Shown here: positions 1 to 8,290 of the stretch, piece after piece
Position numbering within the stretch: position 1 is the first letter of the stretch
How the letters are laid out: each line of letters opens with the position of its first letter
NCBI GenBank assembly: GCA_038204165.1
Contig: JBBRDG010000005.1
Span: 1 to 60,743, forward strand
Direction: 5' to 3'
Source of the DNA: Elusimicrobiales bacterium
GTDB taxonomy: Bacteria > Elusimicrobiota > Elusimicrobia > Elusimicrobiales > UBA9959
Length of the DNA stretch: 60,743 nucleotides
Program-made: the position numbers and the translations under genes
Notes under the pieces: model-generated
What the model was told of the DNA's origin: nothing
Databases searched by the model: none
What the model saw: only the letters and a program-made list of their open reading frames with translations

Positions 1-1
1 C

Positions 2-1435
2 AGCGGCACTCCCGGCAGGGAAGCCGTGTTCTCCCTCGGCAAACTTGCGGAGGACGAGCCGTTGCCGGAATTCCCGGCCGGTTCCGGCAGATATTACGGT
101 TCTTACAGGGTAAAGGCCTCGGACCAGGCAGCGGAATTTACCCCCTCGGCCCGGTTCAAGGCCGGCCTATTCGCGCACGGCGCCTCGGCCAAGGCCAAGG
201 GGAAGGTCCGGATAATTAAAACCCCGGCTATACTGGAAACCTCCACCGACACCGTGGTGCTCCGGAACGCGCCCGACGGGGGCTACCTGATGTTCCTGCC
301 CAAAGGCGTAAAATTGGTAACTACCGGTCGGGTCAATGGTCTGCGCAGGATCAGCCTGGCTCAGGACCTTGACGCCTGGGTTGAAGATTCCAAGGTGCAG
401 GCCTCCCAGGGGCTGCCCTACCCGTTCGGTTATCAGACCGAGACCGGCTCCATAAAATTCAAGAAGACCGACACGGGTTCTTCCGCCTCCGTAGCGCTGT
501 ACGAAAAAGTGCCCTTCACCGCCGAGGCGTTGGAGACCGGCCTGCGCGTTACACTTTACTACGCCAACCTGCATACCAACTACGTGGTCTACGATTCCTC
601 CGACACGCTGGTGAAGAACGTAGCCTTCAGGCAGGCCGCCTCCAACACCGTGGAAATAGTTTTCGAAACCGCTCCCGGGGCTCTGTGGGGCTACAATGTC
701 TCCTATTCCACTGGCTCCAGGGCGCTGCAGGTGGACCTGCGGTCGGCCCCCAAGGCTGCGCTCTCCTGGCCGCGCCCGCTCTCCGGGGTAACGGTGGTCC
801 TCGATCCGGGGCATTCCGTTTATCTTAAGTGCGACAATAACGTAAGGCTGCCGCTGCAGAGCGTCCGCTACAGTTCGCTGCCCGCTTCCGCCCATTGCAC
901 GCTCGACGGCGCGGTGGGGCCGATGGAAACTTTTGAGGTAAATATTAACCTGGCGCTGGCCCAGAAGCTAAAGAAAAAGCTCACGGACCTCGGGGCGAAC
1001 GTGCAGCTGACCCGCAACGGCGAAGAGAACGTTGAACTTGCCGACCGGCCTAAGCTCGCCAGGGACCTCGGCGGCGACCTCTTCATCAGCCTGCATAATA
1101 ACGCCATCGGCGACGGCGAAGATCCTTTCTCCCAGCCGCGCGGCTTTTCCGTGTATTATTCCCAGCGCCAGAGCAGGGCGCTGGGCGCCGCGCTGCACGC
1201 CGCCTACCGCAAGGATATCCCGCTGCCCGACGAGGGGCTTCGCTACGGGGATTACCTGGTGGTCCGGCCCACCTGGATGCCCGCGGCCCTGATCGAGAAC
1301 GCTTATATGATAATCCCGCGCCAGGAAGAGCAGCTTAACGCGCCAGCCTTTCAGGAACAGCTGGCCTCGGCCGCCGCCGAAGGCGTGCTTAATTTTTTTC
1401 ATGTGCAACCCCAGCCTAAAAAGGTTAAAAAATGA
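2..1435 (+). CDS. N-acetylmuramoyl-L-alanine amidase (Amidase_3 / AmiC-like), probably 5'-truncated by the window edge
   Basis: The frame is open from nt 2, with no stop upstream of the GTG at 26. The ORF-track N-terminus has no signal peptide. The C-terminal half carries Amidase_3 signatures: VVLDPGHS, ADRPKLARDLGGDLFISLHNNA, PAALIENAYM. Confidence 0.8.
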   Translation, partial: SGTPGREAVFSLGKLAEDEPLPEFPAGSGRYYGSYRVKASDQAAEFTPSARFKAGLFAHGASAKAKGKVRIIKTPAILETSTDTVVLRNAPDGGYLMFLPKGVKLVTTGRVNGLRRISLAQDLDAWVEDSKVQASQGLPYPFGYQTETGSIKFKKTDTGSSASVALYEKVPFTAEALETGLRVTLYYANLHTNYVVYDSSDTLVKNVAFRQAASNTVEIVFETAPGALWGYNVSYSTGSRALQVDLRSAPKAALSWPRPLSGVTVVLDPGHSVYLKCDNNVRLPLQSVRYSSLPASAHCTLDGAVGPMETFEVNINLALAQKLKKKLTDLGANVQLTRNGEENVELADRPKLARDLGGDLFISLHNNAIGDGEDPFSQPRGFSVYYSQRQSRALGAALHAAYRKDIPLPDEGLRYGDYLVVRPTWMPAALIENAYMIIPRQEEQLNAPAFQEQLASAAAEGVLNFFHVQPQPKKVKK

Positions 1436-2286
1436 ACGACGCTGCCGATCTGCTTGTTAAGTTTATAGACGACCTGGCGGCTGAGCGGCCCCAGGGCGAG
1501 GACGCGCTGTGGGGCTACCTGGTGCGCAAGGGCGCCGGCCTGCTCAACTGCCATGCCGCCAGTTTCTTCGAGACCGAAGAGGCCAAACACCGCCTGACCT
1601 TCCGCGCCAGCATAGGCCCGGTGGGCGGCGACCTGGTGGGGGTAAGCTTTGCCTACCAGGGCGTGGTGGGTTTCTGCGCCGACTCTAAAAAACCGGTGCT
1701 GGTAAACGACGCCGAAACCAGCCCGCTCTTTACCAAAAAAGTGGACCACGGCACCGGCTTCAAGACTAAGACCGTAATAGCCGTGCCTGCCATGGCCAAC
1801 GGCGAGCTGCTGGGCGTGGCTGAGTTTATAAATTCCGTTTCCGGGGCTTTCACCGAAGCCGACCTGAAGACCGCCGCGGTACTGACCGCGCTGGTGGCGC
1901 GTGACGTTTATATAAAGAAATTGGAAGCCACCATAAAGCAGCTTAACCTGAAGGGGGAAAGCACCATCAACAACCTTTCGGGCGGCTTCATAGGCGCCGA
2001 CCTGGACGGCCGGGTGATCTTCTTCAACCCCAAAGCTTCCGAGATTTTCGAGGTGGGGCAGGAGTTCCTGAACAAGCCGGTGGTGGAGCTCTTCCAACTT
2101 TGCCCCGACATAGTAGGGGTTATCGGCGACGTGCTCAAACAGAACAAAACCGTGCGGCGCCAGGAATTCAAGTGTAAGATTGGCGGTAAGGAAAAGGTAA
2201 TAGGCTACAGTTCCATCAACATCAAGGGCGTCGACGGCAAGAACATCGGCGCGGGCATAATCTTTCAGGACATCACCAACGTATAG
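1432..2286 (+). CDS. GAF + PAS domain protein with no output domain
   Basis: GAF-like core (FAYQGVVGFCADSKKPVLVNDAETSPLF ... IAVPAMANGELLGVAEFINS) is followed by a PAS-like module (GGFIGADLDGRVIFFNPKASEIFEV ... GAGIIFQDIT). ATGA start/stop overlap with the upstream amidase. Confidence 0.7.
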   Translation: MNDAADLLVKFIDDLAAERPQGEDALWGYLVRKGAGLLNCHAASFFETEEAKHRLTFRASIGPVGGDLVGVSFAYQGVVGFCADSKKPVLVNDAETSPLFTKKVDHGTGFKTKTVIAVPAMANGELLGVAEFINSVSGAFTEADLKTAAVLTALVARDVYIKKLEATIKQLNLKGESTINNLSGGFIGADLDGRVIFFNPKASEIFEVGQEFLNKPVVELFQLCPDIVGVIGDVLKQNKTVRRQEFKCKIGGKEKVIGYSSINIKGVDGKNIGAGIIFQDITNV

Positions 2287-2307
2287 GCGTGCCGCCGTAA
2301 ATAAAAA

Positions 2308-2336
2308 GACCCGGGCCGTCCCGGGTCTTTATATTT
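2308..2336. terminator. Bidirectional intrinsic terminator
   Basis: 8-bp GC stem gacccggg/cccgggtc with loop ccgt. It is flanked by an A-run upstream and tttatattt downstream, between convergent genes. Confidence 0.75.
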
Positions 2337-2426
2337 ACTGAGCTATGCGGTTAAGAAGCCTGTGGCGGGCTTGAGCTGCTGAAGGCCATAAGACCAGATA
2401 TGGCCCCTATACAGGTAACGAAGCCT

Positions 2427-3077
2427 TTAGTTCAGGAAGTCGTAATTTATCTGGACAAAGAAAGGAAGAAAGGTGTTGTCAGGAGCGCTCGCGTTCCAGG
2501 CAGTGCAGCCGGCGTTGCTGCAGGCGTTAAATCCGCCGCGCCATTGGATGCCGGAGTTGGATATCCAGGAGTTGCAGCCCGCATTGCTCATGTGATTAAT
2601 TTCGCAGGTCCATACCACACCGGTATTGGACTTCCATTCTCTGCAGCCTGCTTCACTGGTAGAGTTTATATCGCAGGACCAGGAAACACCTATATCAGAA
2701 ACCCAATCCCTGCAGCCGGCATTGCTGAATGATCCGAATTTGCAATCCCACCTGTTGCCGGAGTAAGAACTCCAGGCCCAGCATCCGGAGTTGCCGCAGT
2801 TGTGGCTTTGCCAGGTGACGCCGGAGTCAGAACGCCACACGGAGCAGCCGGCATTGCCGCACAGGTCGCCTTTCCAATATGTGGACGGATAGGGATCGGA
2901 CTCGCGCGTAGCGGCAGGCTGAGAGCTATTGGTGAAAGCTATGGACCTGATTGCGGCCAGAATGTCGGTTTGCGGCGCGCCGGAGAAGACGTCCGGCAGG
3001 GTGCTCTGGGCCCCTGCTATAGCGGGGGAAAGCGCGGCACACAACAGTAAAGCAGCAAAAATTCTTGACCTAGACAT
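2427..3077 (-). CDS. Secreted Cys/Trp-rich tandem-repeat protein (family not recognised)
   Basis: ATG at 3077 gives MSRSRIFAALLLCAALSPAIAGA-QS, a signal peptide with an AxA site. Six units of about 21-25 aa follow, with the core [N/E][A/S]GC-x2-W-x-S-x-[S/T]G-x2-W. The longer ORF-track start at 3155 adds a non-signal extension. Confidence 0.7.
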   Translation of the reverse strand: MSRSRIFAALLLCAALSPAIAGAQSTLPDVFSGAPQTDILAAIRSIAFTNSSQPAATRESDPYPSTYWKGDLCGNAGCSVWRSDSGVTWQSHNCGNSGCWAWSSYSGNRWDCKFGSFSNAGCRDWVSDIGVSWSCDINSTSEAGCREWKSNTGVVWTCEINHMSNAGCNSWISNSGIQWRGGFNACSNAGCTAWNASAPDNTFLPFFVQINYDFLN

Positions 3078-3504
3078 TTCAGTTATAAGAACCATATTTG
3101 TAATTCCCCTTGGCAGATTCAATTCAACTACTACTACTATTGTATAAGAATCCAATCTCCGGTATAAGCAGCCAAAGGCCTATAATATTGTAGGTACAAA
3201 GGACTACTCCACTAGTATGGCGCGCTGGCGCCCAGGTCTCCGCTGCGGCCGCTGCTGGTCTCAAAGGTGGTAAAAGAAACGGACCGGGTGTGGCTGTCCT
3301 CCCGCTTATCTGTCCGCAATGCAAGCTGGAAATGGCCGTCTTATACGCATAACGCCTGATACGGCACAAGATAGTGTCCGCAGTCACATTGAAAGTGTAG
3401 TCCACGTACGCAGGTTGTATTATAGCGGTAGGGGAAGCGCGCGCGCAAATTTATCAACCAAGGAAAAGGGAAGGTTCTAACGGGAAGAGAAGCGATAATC
3501 GCTC

Positions 3505-4152
3505 TTATGTTTCCTGCAGATTCACGCCGTTCTTGGGGCAGAGCTTTTGCAGCGGGCATTCTTTGCAGAGCGGCTTACGCGCGTCGCACTCGGCGCGGCC
3601 GTGCAGCACCAGTGAGTGCGCGAACCAAATCCAGTCCGCTTTGGGGATCAGGCTCATCAGGTCCTGTTCTATCTTGCCCGGGTCAGTTTCCTTAGTAAGC
3701 CCCAGGCGAAAGGCCACCCTCTTTACGTGCGTATCCACCACCACGCCGGCCGCTATGCCGTAGGCCGTGCCCAGCACTACGTTAGCCGTTTTGCGGGCCA
3801 CGCCGCGCAGCGTAAGCAGCTCGTCCATGCTCTTGGGCACTTTTCCGCCGAAATTCTTAACAATTGCCGCCGAGGCCTCTTTAATGGAGAGGGCCTTGTT
3901 TTTGTAGAAGCCGGTAGAATGAACCAGCAGCTCCAGGTCCTTTAGCGGCGCCTTCGCTATTGCGGCGGGGCCCGGGTATTTTTTGAAGAGGGCGGGGGTG
4001 ACCAGGTTCACCCTTTCGTCGGTGCATTGCGCCGAAAGAATAGTGGCGGCCAGCAACTCGAAAGGATTTACGTGGTTCAGCGAGCAGGTGGCGTCCGGGT
4101 AAGATTTCTTTAGTATTTTCAGCATTGCCGCTATGGTTTTTGGGCCGTTCAT
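3505..4152 (-). CDS. nth: Endonuclease III
   Basis: HhH-GPD motifs LLTLRGVARKTANVVLG and VDTHVKRV. C-terminal 4Fe-4S ligands C-x6-C-x2-C-x5-C (CDARKPLCKECPLQKLC). ATGA overlap with the upstream hydrolase gene. Confidence 0.92.
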   Translation of the reverse strand: MNGPKTIAAMLKILKKSYPDATCSLNHVNPFELLAATILSAQCTDERVNLVTPALFKKYPGPAAIAKAPLKDLELLVHSTGFYKNKALSIKEASAAIVKNFGGKVPKSMDELLTLRGVARKTANVVLGTAYGIAAGVVVDTHVKRVAFRLGLTKETDPGKIEQDLMSLIPKADWIWFAHSLVLHGRAECDARKPLCKECPLQKLCPKNGVNLQET

Positions 4153-6092
4153 TTTAGGATCCTGCCGAAGAAGATCTTCTTGCCATTCACCAGCGCGCCC
4201 TGTTTTACTTTGGCAAAGTCGGCTCCGAATTTTTCCTTAAAGCTAACTTCGCGCACCGAGTTGCTGTCGCCGGTGGCTTCTATAAGTTTCCCGGCCCCGG
4301 CGTATAGCATCACGTGGTTTATCTTGCCGGGTTTGGCCGCGTCGGCGGAGAAGATCAGGTCCCCGGGTTTCAGGTTTTCCCTGGCTACGCGTTTGGTAGC
4401 CGCGTACTGGTCGTCGGCGTTGCGCGGCAGGTCCAGGCCCCAGGCCCGGTAGGAAATATTAACCAGCCCCGAGCAGTCTATGCCCCAGGCCGAGCGGCCG
4501 CCCCAGTAATATTTATCGCCCAGGAACAGGCGGGCGGTAGCCAGTATCTTCGGGCGCAGGTCTTCCTGCCTGGCCTTCTGCGGGAGCGGGTTCAGGTCTT
4601 TGCCGGGCAGTAAACCGGTACGGCCGTCACCGAGCAGGATCCTGGAGACGCCGCCCTTGGCGGGGCCGATAATGCGCAATTTTACTCCCAGCGACAGGTC
4701 TCCGTCGCCGGTGGGCGAGGTTTTTGTCCTTACCACCGCGGTGGGCGCCAGCGGCAGGCTGAACGCCAGCGAAGCCAGCGGCAGCCAGCCCTCGTAAGGG
4801 GCCATGGTCTTGCCTTCTTTGGCCTGGCGGTGCTGTTCCGTGGCTACAGCCCTGGCCCAAGCGCCGCTTACTTCAAGCAGTTCCACGTGCTCGTTGGTGA
4901 GCAGCTGGCTTTCTATGAGTTTGGCGCGCTCGGCGGGGTCGGCGGGCGGCATGGAGTAGAATTCGGCCATTTTGCCTTTCACCGCCAGGAAAGCGTTAAG
5001 GTCCTTCGCCAGGATATAACTGGTGCCGAACTTGTTCTTAAGCCAGGCCGCCGAGAACTGCGCGCGGTCGTACACCCGTTCCACTGTTTTTTCTTCCGGG
5101 GCGGCCGGGTCGTTGGTTATCACGTTTCCCCTGGCGTCAAAGCCGGTTATTACGAGCAGGTGTCCCTTGGTCTTCTTAAGGGGGGAATTCTTCAGCTCGT
5201 CGGGGCCGAACGTGACGCTGGCTACCACAGGGGCGCCGGCGGCCAGAAAAGCCCGCGCTTCTTCGAGCGAGTTCAGCCTGGCGATAAAGGCGTAGAGTCC
5301 GCGGGACCCGGCGTGCGCGGTGTTGAGGAACCAGTTGCCGTAAATGTTCTCGGTGGAGTCCAGCACGGCCGCGGCGGTGTCCAGCGGTCCGCTCTTGACC
5401 CCCAGGCAGTTGAAGGCCATGGCCAGGGAGACCGGGCTGCAGATGTCGCCGGCATAGTTGACCTGCTGCATCATCTGCGAGTAGCGAGGCAGCGCAAGTT
5501 TCACGGGCTTGAAATCCGGCTGTTTTGCCGCAGCTTCGGCCGGGTTATACGCGGCCGAGGAATCACTGTAGGCCGCGGCGGCCAGGCGCAGCACTTGCGG
5601 TTTGCCATTGGAGGGCGAAAAAGTGAGCCGGTAGCGGAAGGCCGCGGCTCTGGCTTTAAGCTTTAGCACGTCCACGTCCATCCGACCGAAGTCGTTCTGC
5701 TGGTCCCTTACGCTGGCCTGCGCGGACCCTGGTCCGAATGAACCGAAGCTGAACCAGGGGCTCCAGCCGGTCCCGGTCTTAATCTGGGCTTCCGCCTGCA
5801 GCGCGCCCCCGCCGGGGAAAAGCGCGTCGGCGGAGAGCAACAGTTCGTCGAAAGGGAAGATGGCTGTAAGTTCCTGGGAGGTCAGCGCGGCGGGGCGGCT
5901 GGAGTCTGCAACCTGGAAGACTCCGCCCGGGAAACCGGCCGGCTCCAGGTTCTTCAGGGCGGCGCCGCTGAAATCGTCCGGCAGGAAGTTAACAAGGGTC
6001 CACGACCGGGGCATAGAGGGGGCCTGGTCCATGGCTTGGGTTTTAGCGGCCATAAGCGTAAGTCCTGTTAGTAGTAGTATCGAAATCTTCAC
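4149..6092 (-). CDS. Multidomain peptidoglycan hydrolase: C39-like papain-fold domain + SH3b-like spacers + C-terminal NlpC/P60
   Basis: NlpC/P60 motifs: YYWGGRSAWGIDCSGLVNISY ... INHVMLYAG. C39-like segment: AGDICSPVSLAMAFN ... GHLLVITGFD ... NDPA. Start placed at GTG 6092 (VKISILLLTGLTLMAAKTQA, signal-like); ATG 6053 is an alternative. The ORF-track start at 6458 would overlap the divergent GT2 gene. Confidence 0.75.
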   Translation of the reverse strand: MKISILLLTGLTLMAAKTQAMDQAPSMPRSWTLVNFLPDDFSGAALKNLEPAGFPGGVFQVADSSRPAALTSQELTAIFPFDELLLSADALFPGGGALQAEAQIKTGTGWSPWFSFGSFGPGSAQASVRDQQNDFGRMDVDVLKLKARAAAFRYRLTFSPSNGKPQVLRLAAAAYSDSSAAYNPAEAAAKQPDFKPVKLALPRYSQMMQQVNYAGDICSPVSLAMAFNCLGVKSGPLDTAAAVLDSTENIYGNWFLNTAHAGSRGLYAFIARLNSLEEARAFLAAGAPVVASVTFGPDELKNSPLKKTKGHLLVITGFDARGNVITNDPAAPEEKTVERVYDRAQFSAAWLKNKFGTSYILAKDLNAFLAVKGKMAEFYSMPPADPAERAKLIESQLLTNEHVELLEVSGAWARAVATEQHRQAKEGKTMAPYEGWLPLASLAFSLPLAPTAVVRTKTSPTGDGDLSLGVKLRIIGPAKGGVSRILLGDGRTGLLPGKDLNPLPQKARQEDLRPKILATARLFLGDKYYWGGRSAWGIDCSGLVNISYRAWGLDLPRNADDQYAATKRVARENLKPGDLIFSADAAKPGKINHVMLYAGAGKLIEATGDSNSVREVSFKEKFGADFAKVKQGALVNGKKIFFGRILK

Positions 6093-6168
6093 AAAAATGT
6101 ACCATATCGAGAATAGATTAAATCCTATCAAAATTGAAAAGCCTTGTTTTAATATATATGATGCCGTA

Positions 6169-6894
6169 ATGAAAGTCTCGGTGGTCATCCCCGCCTTTAA
6201 CGAGGAAAAACTTGTAGGCGCGTGCCTGGACAGCGTGCACGCGGCGTTCGCCGCGGCCGGCGGCGGCGCGGAGCATGAGGTGATAGTCTGCGACAATAAC
6301 TCCACGGACGCCACCGGCGCTATAGCGGCGGCGCGGGGGGCCAGGGTGGTTTTTGAGCCGCACAACCAGATAGCCCGGGCCCGCAACCTGGGCGCGGCCG
6401 CGGCCGGCGGGGAGTGGCTACTTTTTATCGATGCGGATTCTGAGCTTTCGTCGGCCACGCTGGGTGAAGCCCTGGCATTGATGCGCTCCGGGGGTTGCGC
6501 CGGCGGCGGGGCTCTAATAGCTTTCGACCCGCCGCCGCCTCTTTGGGGCAGGGCGCTGACAGGCCTGGTGAACGGACTATGCCGCCTTTTCCGCCTGGCC
6601 CCCGGTTCTTTCCTGTTCTGCCGCCGGGACGCCTTTGCCGCGGCGGGGGGCTTCAGCCCGCTGCTTTACGCCGGGGAGGAACTGGAGCTCAGCCTGGCGC
6701 TGCGCCGCTGGGGCTTGGCCCGGGGCCTTCGTTTTGCGATAATAACCAGGGCCCCGCACCGCAGTTCCGGGCGTAAGTTCCTGCTATACGGTTTTTGGGA
6801 ACTTATGGCGCAGGCATTCCTGTTCCTGCTGCGCCCGTTCAGTTCGGTGAGGGAGCCCAAGCGCCTGGGTGTTTTCTACGAGGGAAGACGTTAG
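6169..6894 (+). CDS. Family 2 glycosyltransferase
   Basis: MKVSVVIPAFNEEKLV ... VIVCDNNSTDAT ... ARNLGAAAAGGEWLLFIDADSEL (GT-A DxD region). Start chosen at ATG 6169, because the upstream part of ORF 5860.. is antisense to the hydrolase gene. Confidence 0.8.
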   Translation: MKVSVVIPAFNEEKLVGACLDSVHAAFAAAGGGAEHEVIVCDNNSTDATGAIAAARGARVVFEPHNQIARARNLGAAAAGGEWLLFIDADSELSSATLGEALALMRSGGCAGGGALIAFDPPPPLWGRALTGLVNGLCRLFRLAPGSFLFCRRDAFAAAGGFSPLLYAGEELELSLALRRWGLARGLRFAIITRAPHRSSGRKFLLYGFWELMAQAFLFLLRPFSSVREPKRLGVFYEGRR

Positions 6895-6911
6895 CTATTT
6901 TAAGGAGACCT

Positions 6912-7469
6912 ATGAAAACTTTCGCGCTGTTCATGCTTTTAGCTCTGCCCTGCGGCCTTTCTGCCGCCGAAGCGTCAAGAACGCTTAAAGGCGTTACAAT
7001 GCCGGCCGCCATGCAGCTGGACGGTAAAACTCTTACGCTGAATGGCATGGGCGTGCGCACCAAGGTGGTTTTTAAAGTTTATGTCGCCGGGCTTTACCTG
7101 GAAAAAACCTCGCAGGACGGTATGGAGATAGCCTCCTCCGAGCAGTTGAAGCGCATTGAACTGGTTTTCGTCCGCTCCGTGTCCGGCGAGGACGTTGCCA
7201 AGGCCATCTCCGAAGGTTTCGACAATAACGCCGGTGACGCGCTGTCCGCGCTTAAGGAGCGCATCAAGAAGTTCGGCGCGCTGATCCCAGACGTGAAAAA
7301 GGGCGACAGGCTGGTCTTTACCTACCGCCCCGGCCAGCTCGAAGTACAGGCTAACGGCAAGACCGCGGGGATCATCGAAGGCAAGGATTTCGCGGACGCA
7401 CTTTTTAAGGTCTGGCTCGGGGCAAAGCCTGCGGATAAAGCTCTTATGTCCGGGCTCCTGGGCCAGTAA
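6912..7469 (+). CDS. Chalcone-isomerase-like secreted protein
   Basis: RBS aaggag at 6902-6907. Signal peptide MKTFALFMLLALPCGLSAAEA. Chalcone_3-like LTLNGMGVRTKVVFKVYVAGLYLE. Confidence 0.6.
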   Translation: MKTFALFMLLALPCGLSAAEASRTLKGVTMPAAMQLDGKTLTLNGMGVRTKVVFKVYVAGLYLEKTSQDGMEIASSEQLKRIELVFVRSVSGEDVAKAISEGFDNNAGDALSALKERIKKFGALIPDVKKGDRLVFTYRPGQLEVQANGKTAGIIEGKDFADALFKVWLGAKPADKALMSGLLGQ

Positions 7470-7490
7470 CAGGGGCAAGGTTAGGTTCTG

Positions 7491-7530
7491 CCGCCGCAGG
7501 CCCGCAAGGCCGCCGGCGGTCTTGAGTTTT
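7491..7530 (+). terminator. Probable intrinsic terminator
   Basis: Interrupted GC stem ccgccg-ca-ggcc / ggcc-gc-cggcgg with loop cgcaa, followed by tcttgagtttt. Confidence 0.5.
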
Positions 7531-7575
7531 GGCTAAAAAAGTCATAAGGTGTAGGCAGGGGAAGGACAAATATTT

Positions 7576-8283
7576 ATGTTGCTTATCAGCTTGCTGCTGG
7601 CGCTGGCCCGGCCCGCGTTTTGCGCCGAAGTTTCCACGTCGACCGTGGTAGTGTTTCAGCCTTCGCACCAGAGCGATACCGGAGAAAACTATAACGAGGC
7701 CAGGACTGCCGACGCCATGGTGCAGTACGCTATGCTGGCGGCGCCGCACTATGACGAACACAAGGTGTGGAGCTATTTTCAGCCGGGCCTGCACCACGCG
7801 GATACCGGCACCAACACCCTTATCGCCCACACCTCGGCCGTAGAGGACGGCAGGCTCTCCGGCTACGCTTGGGAGCTCAGGCAGGCCAACGCCATTTCGC
7901 CGCTGGTATTCATCGGGGTGCATAACAATTCCGGCACCGGGCGGCACGCGCTGTGGGGTTATATCCACGACGGCGATTCCCTGATGGAACAGAACCGCAG
8001 GCTCTCCAACATCCTTATAGAGGAAATTGCCCGCGCCACCGACCTTGAGAACCGCGGTACTCACCTGGACAGTTCCGCCGGCCGCAATAATTACCGCTGC
8101 GCCGCTACCGGCAGGCTGGCTTTTTACAGCATAGACGAGAACGTTAATAAGGCGCCCTACCGGGTGCTGCTGGAAATAGGGGACACCGAGAAGAGCCGCG
8201 CCTTCCTGCTGGACGAGGGGTCCCGGCAAGCCGTGGGCATGGCTATCAAGCGCGGGCTTGAAAGGTTCCTGCGCAGTTTGTAG
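7576..8283 (+). CDS. Secreted Amidase_3-like (MurNAc-LAA superfamily) protein
   Basis: Signal peptide MLLISLLLALARPAFCA. Zn-ligand-like pattern QPSHQSDTGENYNE ... FIGVHNNSG ... YRVLLEIGDTEKSRAFL resembles amidase_3 H/E/H/E spacing. This is a distant match by eye only. Confidence 0.5.
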   Translation: MLLISLLLALARPAFCAEVSTSTVVVFQPSHQSDTGENYNEARTADAMVQYAMLAAPHYDEHKVWSYFQPGLHHADTGTNTLIAHTSAVEDGRLSGYAWELRQANAISPLVFIGVHNNSGTGRHALWGYIHDGDSLMEQNRRLSNILIEEIARATDLENRGTHLDSSAGRNNYRCAATGRLAFYSIDENVNKAPYRVLLEIGDTEKSRAFLLDEGSRQAVGMAIKRGLERFLRSL

Positions 8284-8290
8284 GGGGGAT

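Noticed and set aside
167-895. Long ORFs antisense to or overlapping well-supported genes. Examples: 167-895(-), 7444-8346(-), 14803-15852(-), 18418-19206(+), 20059-20862(+), 20896-21774(+), 27856-28761(-), 29588-30763(-), 32355-33515(-), 48089-49117(+), 50246-50998(+), 54891-55820(-).
   Set aside because: These are typical shadow ORFs of high-GC DNA. They have R/G/A/H/P-rich low-complexity translations and no recognisable motifs. Each fully overlaps a gene with strong family signatures on the other strand or frame.
2427-3077. CRISPR array or other nucleotide-level repeat array, suggested by the roughly 66-70-nt periodic gcagccggcattgc strings.
   Set aside because: The periodicity is that of a protein repeat in a continuous ORF with a signal peptide. 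The units are divergent at the DNA level, and there is no spacer/repeat structure or cas gene.
3217-3273. 18-codon ORF MARWRPGLRCGRCWSQRW on the + strand, Cys/Trp-rich like the neighbouring repeat protein.
   Set aside because: It has no convincing RBS or -35. The composition is explained by GC-rich codons (CGC/TGG/TGC). It lies antisense to the leader of the repeat-protein gene, and there is no other support.
6093-6458. N-terminal 122-codon extension of the NlpC/P60 ORF, and the 5860-6168 extension of the GT2 ORF.
   Set aside because: The two extensions overlap each other on opposite strands and have A/P/S-rich nonsense-like composition. Internal starts give a signal peptide (GTG 6092) and the canonical GT2 N-terminus (ATG 6169).
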